Source: an uncultured Chthoniobacterales bacterium (GTDB taxonomy: Bacteria > Verrucomicrobiota > Verrucomicrobiia > Chthoniobacterales > SZAS-18). Taken from it: a stretch of DNA of 64,000 nt. The stretch covers positions 5,291 to 69,290 of the forward strand of contig CAXUGY010000013.1 of assembly GCA_964250695.1 (NCBI GenBank), given 5' to 3'. Shown in pieces: positions 47,147 to 55,731 of the stretch (position 1 is the stretch's first letter; every line of letters begins with the position of its first letter). Below the pieces are notes generated by a model. It was given only the letters and a program-made list of their open reading frames with translations. It had not been told where the DNA came from and did not search any database. The translations under genes and the position numbers were made by a program.

Positions 47147-49196
47147 TCTTCTGCACCGGACACCGGGGCAGCGCGTTCAAAAACGCCCGTCCGTAGGGTT
47201 TGCGCACGAGTCGGCTGTCGAGGATGGCCACGGTGCCGCGGTCGCCTTTGGTGCGGATGAGCCGCCCGACGCCCTGCCGCAATTTGAGGATGGCTTCGGG
47301 CAGCGAATATTCGCTGAAGGGGTCGCCGCCGCGCTCCTTGATGAGTTCGCAGCGCGCTTCGGTCGCCGGGCTGTCCGGCGGCGCGAAGGGCAACTGGGTG
47401 ATGATGACGTTGCTGAGCGCCTCGCCGGGCACATCGACGCCGCTCCAGAAACTCTCGGTGCCGTAGAGCACGCTGCCGATTTCCGCCTTGAAGGATTCGA
47501 GCATCTTGCGGCGCGAAATCCCCTCGCCCTGCACCAGCAACGGCCAGCCGTTGCGCTCGTAAAAGTCGCGGGTGCGTTGCGCCATCGCCGTCATGAGCCG
47601 GTAATTCGTGAACAGCACGAACGCCCGGCCCTGCGATTCGCCGACGAAATGCTCGATCCACTTGGCGAGCGCGTCCTCGTACCCGGGCGCGCGGGGGGAT
47701 TCGGGCATCGTCGGCGTGAGGTAGAGCTTCATCTGCTGCTCGTAATCGAACGGGCTGCCGATCTGCACGGCGTCGATGCCGGGGCCGTGCGCGCCGATCC
47801 GGTTGCGGAAATAGCCCATCTCGGCGCTGCCGACGGAAAGCGTCGCGCTGGTCATGACGACGCTGCGGTCCTCGCGGAAAAGCATCTGGCCGAGGATTTC
47901 GGACAGGTCGATGGGCGCGGCGTGCAGGCCGAGGTTGCTCTCGGTCTTGCCGGTGCGCTCGACCCAGTAGACCTGGTTGCCGGCGCTCTGGTCGATGAAG
48001 GTGGTGATGCCGTCGCGGGCGGCGGTCAGGCGGCGGCCGATGTCGGCGAGTTCGGCGCGGGTGATCTCGTCGTCCTGCACGCGCAGGGCGGCGTCGCCGA
48101 TGACTCCGCACAGGGTATCCAGACCCGTGCCGAGGGTATCGTGGACCAGGCCCGGCTCGCGGATGCGGCATTCGCGCCCGCCGCGCCCGAAATCGACCCG
48201 GCGGCCCACGCCGTCGAAAAACGCTTCGAGGTCTTCGAGCAGTTCGGTGGTCAGGCGGACGCCTTCGGCGTGGCGCAGCACGGTCCACAGCCCTTTGCGG
48301 GTGCGCGGATGGTAAAGCCGTTGCAGGGCGGCGCGCAGGCCGTACTGCGAAACGCCGAGACCGATCTGTTTCGCGGCCACGGCTTCGACGGTGTGCGCCT
48401 CGTCGAAGATCACGAAATCGTCGTCGAAGAGGTAGCCGCCGTGGGCTTGGTCGTCGGCGTCGGCCTGTTCGTTTTCCACGTCGGCGGCGGCGTTGGCCTG
48501 TTGCTCGGCCATCGCCGCGCCCAGCAGGACGAAAAACAGCGCGTGGTTGAGCACGACGATGTTCGCAGCGGCGACCTGACGGCGCGCGGCCTGATAAAAA
48601 CAGCCGCTGTCGGGGCCGCAGGATTTCGGCGTGCAGATGTGGGCTTCGCTGCACACCTGGGACCAGACGTTGTGCTCGGGTTCGCGCGGCAGGTCGCTGA
48701 GCGAGCCGTCGGCGGTGCGCAGGCTCCAATAGTGGATTTGTTCGAGCGCGCTTTGCTCGGGACCGGTAAAAAGATCGCCCGCCTGCTGCCGGGCGCGCTG
48801 GAGGCGGCGCGGGCAGAGGTAATTTTGCCGCCCCTTGAAAAGCGCGGCCTCGAACGCCTCGGGCAGCAGCTTTTGCAGGATCGGGATGTCCTTGTAGATG
48901 AGTTGTTCCTGGAGGTTGATCGTGTGGGTGGAAACGATGGCCTTCTGCTTGTGTTCCAACGCGTGCATGACCGCCGGGGCGAGGTACGCCAGCGACTTGC
49001 CGACGCCCGTGCCCGCCTCGGCGACGAGGTGGCGGCGGTCGTGCAGCGAGCGCGCCACGGCGACGGCGAGTTGCTGCTGCTCGGGGCGGAACTCGAAGTT
49101 GCGCGCCCGGCCCAACAGGCCACCGGCGGCGAACATTTCTTTCGCGCGGCCCGGGAGGCCGTCTTCGGGGTCAAAATCTTCGCGGAGGGCGATCAT
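47139..49196 (-). CDS. DinG/YoaA-family Fe-S ATP-dependent DNA helicase
   Basis: EAGTGVGKS, KGRQNYLC, CSEAHICTPKSC..C, IFDEAH, MTSATL, VLFTNY, FWSGVDVPG, LRQGVGRLIR; start uncertain. Confidence 0.92.
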   Translation of the reverse strand: MIALREDFDPEDGLPGRAKEMFAAGGLLGRARNFEFRPEQQQLAVAVARSLHDRRHLVAEAGTGVGKSLAYLAPAVMHALEHKQKAIVSTHTINLQEQLIYKDIPILQKLLPEAFEAALFKGRQNYLCPRRLQRARQQAGDLFTGPEQSALEQIHYWSLRTADGSLSDLPREPEHNVWSQVCSEAHICTPKSCGPDSGCFYQAARRQVAAANIVVLNHALFFVLLGAAMAEQQANAAADVENEQADADDQAHGGYLFDDDFVIFDEAHTVEAVAAKQIGLGVSQYGLRAALQRLYHPRTRKGLWTVLRHAEGVRLTTELLEDLEAFFDGVGRRVDFGRGGRECRIREPGLVHDTLGTGLDTLCGVIGDAALRVQDDEITRAELADIGRRLTAARDGITTFIDQSAGNQVYWVERTGKTESNLGLHAAPIDLSEILGQMLFREDRSVVMTSATLSVGSAEMGYFRNRIGAHGPGIDAVQIGSPFDYEQQMKLYLTPTMPESPRAPGYEDALAKWIEHFVGESQGRAFVLFTNYRLMTAMAQRTRDFYERNGWPLLVQGEGISRRKMLESFKAEIGSVLYGTESFWSGVDVPGEALSNVIITQLPFAPPDSPATEARCELIKERGGDPFSEYSLPEAILKLRQGVGRLIRTKGDRGTVAILDSRLVRKPYGRAFLNALPRCPVQKIT

Positions 49197-49398
49197 CGGA
49201 GCGGACGGCCAGCATAGCCGCAAACCGACGCGGCGGACAGAGGAAGAATTTGCTCGGACCACGCCCGCGCGCCGTCCCGCCAGCCGCAGGTCGAGCACGG
49301 CGGGCGCTGCTGCTCCGGTGGGCAACGGCTCCAGGATCATCAGGGCCGGGTAAATGTCATTGGCGTTGCCTTCGATTCTGCGCAAACTTTTCCAGGTC

Positions 49399-50307
49399 AT
49401 GCGAACCAGCGAAAATTCCACGGCGGTCCAACCAACAGAACCGGGCGGCGATTTCACGTTGCCCGGAACCCTTTTGACGGTGAATCGGATGGGCTACGGC
49501 GCCATGCAGCTCGCCGGGCCGGGCGTGTACGGACCGCCGCGCGATCCCGCGGCTGCCGTGGCCGTCTTGCGCGCGGCGTTGGAGGCCGGCGTCAACCACA
49601 TCGACACGAGCGACTTTTACGGCCCGCACGTCACCAACCAGATCATCAAGGAAGCGTTGCACCCTTACGCGGATGGGTTGGTCATCGTCACCAAAGTGGG
49701 TGGGCGGCGCGGCCCGGATAAATCATGGCACCCGGCGGTCTCCCGTCGGGAACTCGTCGATGCCATATACGACAACCTGCGCAACCTCGGACTCGACGCG
49801 CTCGACGTGGTCAACTTCCGGTCGTGGGGCAACGGTCATGGACCGGCGGAAGGTTCGCTCGTGGAACCGCTGACGGTTCTGGCCGAACTCAAGGAACAGG
49901 GGCTGATCCGTCACCTGGGTCTGAGCAACGTCACGCCTGCGCAGGTGAAGGAAGCACAGACCATCGCCCCGGTCGTCTGCGTCCAGAACATGTACAACGT
50001 GGCGCACCGGGAGGATGACGCTTTTATCGACGACCTCGCCTGGCAGGAGATTGCCTACGTGCCGTTCTTTCCGCTGGGCGGGTTCACCCCGTTGCAATCT
50101 TCCACGCTGGAGGACACCGCCAAATCGCTCGGCGCGACGACGATGCAGGTCGCCCTCGCGTGGCTGTTGCAGCGTTCACCGAACATCCTGCTCATTCCCG
50201 GCACGTCGTCGGTGGGACATTTGCACGAGAATTTGAAGGCCGCCGGGTTGTCACTGCCATCGCAAGCAGTGGCCGGGTTGAATGCCATCGGAGCGAAAGC
50301 TTCGTAG
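49399..50307 (+). CDS. Aldo/keto reductase family oxidoreductase
   Basis: RMGYGAMQL, HIDTSDFYG, VTKVG, IRHLGLSN, VQNMYN, IPGTSSVGHL. Confidence 0.9.
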   Translation: MRTSENSTAVQPTEPGGDFTLPGTLLTVNRMGYGAMQLAGPGVYGPPRDPAAAVAVLRAALEAGVNHIDTSDFYGPHVTNQIIKEALHPYADGLVIVTKVGGRRGPDKSWHPAVSRRELVDAIYDNLRNLGLDALDVVNFRSWGNGHGPAEGSLVEPLTVLAELKEQGLIRHLGLSNVTPAQVKEAQTIAPVVCVQNMYNVAHREDDAFIDDLAWQEIAYVPFFPLGGFTPLQSSTLEDTAKSLGATTMQVALAWLLQRSPNILLIPGTSSVGHLHENLKAAGLSLPSQAVAGLNAIGAKAS

Positions 50308-50353
50308 TCGGCGAACTGCAACTCCGCGGAAGTTTGTTACGGAGACGAATGGT

Positions 50354-51121
50354 TTAACTCTCTGCTATCCGGCCGGGGCGAGATGAAGCCGTGGGGGCCG
50401 CCGGTTCGTTTGCCGGGTGGGAACCAGGGCCGCCCAGCCCCTGCTCCATGTGTCGGCGGACTCCCCGCGCCTGTTCCAGACGTTCGCCGAGGCGTTCGCT
50501 GGCGCGGGAAAGCGCGTCGTTCTGCTCGGGCAGGCGCATGGCTTCCGGCACGGGATCGAGCACCACGTCGATGTCCTCGAAGACCCGGCGCAGGGTTTCG
50601 GCAGCTTTGTCGAACTTCGCGGCGGCAGCCCTGGGTAGCTGATCATTCTCGCAGAGCGGCGCGCGTTCCGCCTCGGCGACCATCGTGCGGACCAGATCCG
50701 CGACCATCTCGTTCACCTCTTCTTCATGCGGCGTGATGACCCCATCCGCAAACAGCCGCTTTTCGATGGCGACCTTGATTTCCATCACCTCGCGCAGTTC
50801 GTAAATCAGCCGTTTCGTCGGCAGGTGCGAGAGCTGCCCCGCCAGCCGGGTCAACCGCTGGTAAAGATCGGCGTTTTCCGCCAGCCGGTATTCGTTGAGC
50901 AGCGTGGTGCGCACCTTCCCGGTGAGACGCGGCCACCGCTTTTCCCAGAGCTTGGCGACCACCGCGAAAGCCGCCACCAGCAACGCCAGAAACACCAGCG
51001 CAGGGAGGCCGACGAAAGCATACAACGCCGCCAGCACGGCAAAGGGCAGCCACGTCACCGGATCGGTGATGATCCGGTGCAGGGCGTGGCGGGCCACGTC
51101 CATCTGATCGGGGGCGCTCAT
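50354..51121 (-). CDS. Hypothetical membrane protein (N-terminal TM hairpin, helical C-terminus)
   Basis: PVTWLPFAVLAALYAFVGLPALVFLALLVAAFAVVA then charged helical region; last gene of the operon. Confidence 0.7.
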   Translation of the reverse strand: MSAPDQMDVARHALHRIITDPVTWLPFAVLAALYAFVGLPALVFLALLVAAFAVVAKLWEKRWPRLTGKVRTTLLNEYRLAENADLYQRLTRLAGQLSHLPTKRLIYELREVMEIKVAIEKRLFADGVITPHEEEVNEMVADLVRTMVAEAERAPLCENDQLPRAAAAKFDKAAETLRRVFEDIDVVLDPVPEAMRLPEQNDALSRASERLGERLEQARGVRRHMEQGLGGPGSHPANEPAAPTASSRPGRIAES

Positions 51122-51146
51122 CGAAGGGAATCTTAACGGATTTCGC

Positions 51147-52703
51147 TCATGGGCCGACCAGAAAAATCCGGGCGCGGCGGGCGCTGCGGTTCCACTCGGC
51201 GTCGCTCTCGTTGGGGTAACGTTGCGGCGTTTCCGTCGATCCCTTGCCCCGCGCGAGGACCCGGTCTTCGGGCACCTGACATTCCGTGGCGAGGAACCGC
51301 TTCACCTCCAGCGCGCGTTCATCGGAAAGCGTCTGGTCCGCTTCGGGCGAATCCCCCGGGCTGACGTGCGCCTCGACCACCACCCGGAAGCCCGGATAGT
51401 TCGCCAGCTTCGGCGCGGCGTCGCGGATCGACCCCTGAAAATCCTCGGGAATCTCCGCCCGGCCCGGCGCGAACACGATGGGTTCGTCGATCAACGTGCC
51501 GCGCACCTGCTTGCTCAGATCGTCCCATTGCGCCGGAGTCAGCGGCGGGTAATACGCGCCCAGCCGGTGGCTACCCGCGTTCGGGTTGTCCGCCGCCACA
51601 CCGCCAGCGAGCGCGGGGATGTTGCCGGGATGCGCGGCGACGGCTTGGACCGTGCCCCGGTAGAGGATCGAATACGGGTCGTCGTTCTGCAGGTCGATGC
51701 GCTGCTGATGGTCGCGCAGGATCGTCTGGATCTGCCGGACGCTGCCGACGAGGCGCGCGTCCTGGTCGCGGCTCTGGAGCAGCCAGTCGCTCGTGTTGTC
51801 GGGCAGCGTGGCGAACCGGATGCCGCGCAGCATGGTCTCGGCGTCCCCGGGCAGTTTACTGCTGTCGTGCGCGGCGGCGTCGGTGAAGGCGGCGGCGTGG
51901 TTGAGGTAATCGTGCAACGCCTCGAAATAAGCGTGCGTCACGATCTCGGCGAGCTTGGGGTCATCCGCGATGAGACGGCGGCTGGCCAAGGCGATGTCGA
52001 TGACCAGGCCCTGCGCCTGCTGCGTGTCGATGAGGACGCGCGCGCCCGGGATCTCGGCCTTCGCGCGGCTCACCAGCGGTTCCCAGAGCACGGCGAACTG
52101 CACCCGCCCGTCACGCAGGGCGTTGTACGCGGCATCGACGCTGTCCACGCGCGACGCCTCCAGCCCGGGGCGCAGCCGGTCCAGATGAAAATGGCTGATC
52201 TCCGAACGCAGCAAAAACTCGGACGGCGACAACCCGACGAACGCGCCGCGCGTGCCGGGTTTGTTGAGGTCGTCCAGGCTCTTGACGCCCGGGTCTTTCG
52301 CCAGCACGGCGTCGCCGCCGAAGCTCTCGTCGATGACGAACGCCACCACGCCCGGCCAGCCCGTCGCCTCGCCGTTGGCCAGGTAGCTGTCGAGCGTCAC
52401 GGCGGCGAAATCGCACTTTCCATCGCGCAGACCGGCCAGGCGTTTGGCGAAATCCGGCTCCATCGCCCAGCGCACGCCGACCCCCTGGTCCGCCAGCGCG
52501 CGGGCGAAACGCGGCGAGCGCAGCACGAGGTAGCCCAGCCAGTCGTCGCCCCAGACCGTGATCGTGCGGTCGAAGTGGCGCGTGTCGCTGGTGCGCGCGA
52601 ACAGGTGGTCGCGCCGCCGCGCCTCGCGCCACGAACGGGTCAGACCCCAGCCGATCATCGCCACGGTGGCGAGGACCAACAGGATGGAGAGCGTTTTTTT
52701 CAT
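51147..52703 (-). CDS. Solute-binding protein (NMT1/THI5-like) fused to C-terminal OmpA-like domain
   Basis: N-terminal TM (MKKTLSILLVLATVAMIGWG); DESFGGDAVLA..LDDL; IVFAPG..EAHVS..LSDERALEVKRFL..ARGKG..ARRARIFL. Confidence 0.75.
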   Translation of the reverse strand: MKKTLSILLVLATVAMIGWGLTRSWREARRRDHLFARTSDTRHFDRTITVWGDDWLGYLVLRSPRFARALADQGVGVRWAMEPDFAKRLAGLRDGKCDFAAVTLDSYLANGEATGWPGVVAFVIDESFGGDAVLAKDPGVKSLDDLNKPGTRGAFVGLSPSEFLLRSEISHFHLDRLRPGLEASRVDSVDAAYNALRDGRVQFAVLWEPLVSRAKAEIPGARVLIDTQQAQGLVIDIALASRRLIADDPKLAEIVTHAYFEALHDYLNHAAAFTDAAAHDSSKLPGDAETMLRGIRFATLPDNTSDWLLQSRDQDARLVGSVRQIQTILRDHQQRIDLQNDDPYSILYRGTVQAVAAHPGNIPALAGGVAADNPNAGSHRLGAYYPPLTPAQWDDLSKQVRGTLIDEPIVFAPGRAEIPEDFQGSIRDAAPKLANYPGFRVVVEAHVSPGDSPEADQTLSDERALEVKRFLATECQVPEDRVLARGKGSTETPQRYPNESDAEWNRSARRARIFLVGP

Positions 52704-52717
52704 CGGTTGAGCGCGTG

Positions 52718-53866
52718 CTACCGCCGCCGCCAGATCAACCGCACCAGGACGAACACCCCGACGAGCAGGACGAGTTTCCACGCGGAGGTGGTCCGGTTGT
52801 GTCTCTGGCTGGGGGTCGATTGGTTGCTCGGAACGGGCAAAGGCGAAGGCGATCCGAACGGCGAGAAAGGCCGCGCCGTTTCCACCGGGGTCGGCGCGCC
52901 GACCGGGTTGGAATCATCAACCGGTGCGGCGAAGGCGATCTTGGTCATCGCCGCCGGCAGCGCGGCCTGGGTCATGGCGGCGCGGGTCGCCGCATCCACG
53001 ACCACGTCGGTCGGGTCGCCGATCTCCGAGCCGATCACGTTCAACCCCTTGGCGATGTCTTCCCCGTTTTCGGGCGAGAAAAAATGCGTGGCGCTCCCTT
53101 TCATGTAATCCCCCTCGCCCTGGTAGCCGAACGCGATCACCTCCACGCCGTCCGCCCGCAGACGCCGGATTTCCTGCTGCACCCCGGCGACGCCCCGGTT
53201 GCTGGTGTCCTCGCCGTCGGTCAGGATCACCATGACCTGCCGCTCGTAGGGCGCGCCGGACGCGCGGCGTTGGCGAATGATCTTGCCCACCGCCGCGACC
53301 GTGTCCGCCAGCGGCGTGCCGCCCCCGGCGCGGAGGCGGTCCACGGCGGCGAGCACCTGCCGCTTGTCGTTGCGCGCCAACTGGACGAGCGGACCCGCGT
53401 TGAGCGCGGTCAGTCCGAAGCGGTCGTTGTCCGGCGCGCGTTCCAGCCACGCGTGAAAGGCCTCTTTGGCCATGCCGAGTTTTCGGTTGTCGTTCATGGA
53501 ACCGGAGTCGTCGAAGACGATGGAAACCGCCACGCCAGCCTGGGCGTTGCGTTCCTCGTCGAGCGCGGCCATGCGGGCGGTCCAGGCTGCGTCGCTGGAG
53601 GATGCCGGTGGTTGGGCACCCACCAGAGGCCGCATCGTCAACAAAACCGCCGCGCACCATACAACCTCTGTCACCCTGAGCGGAACGACGAAGGAGCGCG
53701 GTCGAAGGACCTTCCGGCCAGCGGCAGCGAAGCGTGATCGCAAGCACATCACCCTATTCAAGTGGCGGCCCTGCCTACCGGTGGTCGGAAGGTCCTTCGA
53801 CCGCGCTCGCAGACTCGCTCCGCTCAGGATGACAGAGCTTTTTATGCGGCGGTTTTTTGTGATCAT
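52718..53866 (-). CDS. Exported vWA domain protein with C-terminal membrane anchor
   Basis: MIDAS VSIVFDDSGSM, GGTPL, ILTDGED; P/S/T linker; WKLVLLVGVFVLVRLIWRRR tail; start 53866 or GTG 53890. Confidence 0.82.
   Translation of the reverse strand: MITKNRRIKSSVILSGASLRARSKDLPTTGRQGRHLNRVMCLRSRFAAAGRKVLRPRSFVVPLRVTEVVWCAAVLLTMRPLVGAQPPASSSDAAWTARMAALDEERNAQAGVAVSIVFDDSGSMNDNRKLGMAKEAFHAWLERAPDNDRFGLTALNAGPLVQLARNDKRQVLAAVDRLRAGGGTPLADTVAAVGKIIRQRRASGAPYERQVMVILTDGEDTSNRGVAGVQQEIRRLRADGVEVIAFGYQGEGDYMKGSATHFFSPENGEDIAKGLNVIGSEIGDPTDVVVDAATRAAMTQAALPAAMTKIAFAAPVDDSNPVGAPTPVETARPFSPFGSPSPLPVPSNQSTPSQRHNRTTSAWKLVLLVGVFVLVRLIWRRR
53666..53837. mobile_element. Palindromic MITE/RPE-like element (GTCATCCTGAGC family), copy 2, within the vWA reading frame
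   Basis: Terminal IR CTCTGTCACCCTGAGCGGA / TCCGCTCAGGATGACAGAG (1 mismatch); internal CGCGGTCGAAGGACCTTCCG/CGGAAGGTCCTTCGACCGCG IR. Confidence 0.75.
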
Positions 53867-53886
53867 GGCGTCAATAAGTTGAAAGC

Positions 53887-55731
53887 TCACTTCAAATCGT
53901 CCGCGCCGATCTCCGCCGGAATTTCGCTCTCGGCGGCGATGATGACCATTTCCCCGCGCATGTTTTCGGCGCGCTGTTCGGGCGTTTGCGGGTTCTTGAC
54001 GACGGGATTGCCGAGACCCATACCCTTCACGTCGAAGCGCGACAGGTCCACCTCGTCCGGGCCGAGGTGCAAGTTCTCGCGCACGTAGGCCGCGTAGGCC
54101 CGCTTGACCGCGAAGGCGCGCGAATACGACAGCGCGTTGGCGTCGTTGAGAAGTTCCTCCGGTTTGGGCAGCGGCAGGGTCTCGAATTTATCCGTGCCCG
54201 CGACGCGGCGCTGGTAGGTCGTCTGGCCTTGCGCCTGCTTGGCCTGCACAAAATTGTAGAAGAAATTATCCGCGTTACCGCGCAGTTGCACCACCGCGCC
54301 GCCGTAACGGCTGACCGTCTCGTTGATCTTGCTAAACACGTCCGGGTAATCGCTCCACTTGATCTCGCTGACCTGCGCCGGGAATTTGAACGTGTAGCGG
54401 TACATGATGTTCGCACCCGCGCTGTCGGCGGCCTTGCGCACCGCCTGGGTCGAGGCGAACGCGGGCTTCGGCGTTTCCAGGGTGACACCTTTTCCTTTGT
54501 CAAACCCGCCGGGGGTCACACCGGGCGCGGGCCGGTTGTAGGCGATGGTCACCGGGCTTTCGATCAGGCCCAACCCTTGAAAGAATTCCTGGATGCGCGC
54601 CGTCGTCGCCCGGAAGCCGACCGGGCTGGCGTCGTCGAAAAACCGCGCGTTGCCCGCCCGGCCCGCGAGCTGCGAATCGCTGCCGACCCAGATGATGTAA
54701 TCGCTGACGGCGTTCTCATCCTGGTTGAAGATTTTTGCCAGCGGTTTGCACAACGTTTTGAAGTTGTTGACGCGCTTCTTGTCGGCGTCGCGGCCCTTCT
54801 TGACGTTGGCGAGTTCGTCCATGAACATCTCTTGCTGGCGGAGGTGCGCCTCGCGGAACGCCTCGACCAGTTCGGGGTGTTCGCCCAGGAAATCGCGCCG
54901 CACGGCGTAGGTGTCGAAGATGATGCTCGACGCCGTTTTCGTGGTGAAAATCGGGCGAGCGCCTTTGACCGTGCCTTCGAGGCCGGTGCCGGTCGTGCCA
55001 CCGGCAGTCAGGGCCAGGATGTCCGGCGAAATGCACGCCGCCCCGGTGAGCGACGGGTCACGGCGGAAGGCGTTGGCCGGGTCCTCGGCGGGAGCGGACG
55101 GCTTGGAGCCGGGGTCGGCGGTGATCTGCTTGACGAACTTGATCTGGACATCGCCGGGTTGGAGTCCGGCGTCTTTGAGCAGGTTGCCGATCAACGACAG
55201 GTGCGGCCCGTTGAGCTGCGTGACGAGGGTCTTGCCTTTCAGGTCGGCCAGCGTCCCGAGATTCTTGGCCACGAAACCGTCCGCGCCGGTCGAAGTGGAG
55301 AGTTGCAGCACGACCACCGGTTCCAGGTTGGGATCGACGGTTTTCAACGCTTGCGCCACCAGCGCGATCATGTCCGCCGTGCCGCGCAGGAACGGCGATT
55401 TCCCGGAGACGTAATTCTGTACCTGCTGGTCGAAATCGTCGATCACCTCCAGCTTCACCGGACGCCCGAGCGCGCGGGCCAGCGGCGAGTTGGGATTCGG
55501 CTCCAGGCCGCCGTTCGCGCTGACGGTCACGCCGTCCGCCGCCCAAGTGAGGAGCGGAATTTGCAACGCACCCTGCGCGCTGACGACCCCCTTGCGGGTT
55601 GTCTTGAGGAACAGAGACGCGCCGTATGGTTTGGCCGGTTCGACGTAACGCACCCCGGCGGGCGTCTGCGCCGAGGTGGACGCCAGTCCGAGACAGGAAC
55701 AAACTGCCGCCGCAAGCAAGGAACGTTTCAT
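53887..55731 (-). CDS. Exported solute-binding protein (NMT1/THI5-like) with divergent C-terminal OmpA-like domain
   Basis: Sec signal ..STSA-Q; IPLLTWAAD, SGKSPFLRGT, STGADG..LADLKGK; NALSYSRAFAVK..VKGMG..RAENMRGEMVII. Confidence 0.72.
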   Translation of the reverse strand: MKRSLLAAAVCSCLGLASTSAQTPAGVRYVEPAKPYGASLFLKTTRKGVVSAQGALQIPLLTWAADGVTVSANGGLEPNPNSPLARALGRPVKLEVIDDFDQQVQNYVSGKSPFLRGTADMIALVAQALKTVDPNLEPVVVLQLSTSTGADGFVAKNLGTLADLKGKTLVTQLNGPHLSLIGNLLKDAGLQPGDVQIKFVKQITADPGSKPSAPAEDPANAFRRDPSLTGAACISPDILALTAGGTTGTGLEGTVKGARPIFTTKTASSIIFDTYAVRRDFLGEHPELVEAFREAHLRQQEMFMDELANVKKGRDADKKRVNNFKTLCKPLAKIFNQDENAVSDYIIWVGSDSQLAGRAGNARFFDDASPVGFRATTARIQEFFQGLGLIESPVTIAYNRPAPGVTPGGFDKGKGVTLETPKPAFASTQAVRKAADSAGANIMYRYTFKFPAQVSEIKWSDYPDVFSKINETVSRYGGAVVQLRGNADNFFYNFVQAKQAQGQTTYQRRVAGTDKFETLPLPKPEELLNDANALSYSRAFAVKRAYAAYVRENLHLGPDEVDLSRFDVKGMGLGNPVVKNPQTPEQRAENMRGEMVIIAAESEIPAEIGADDLK

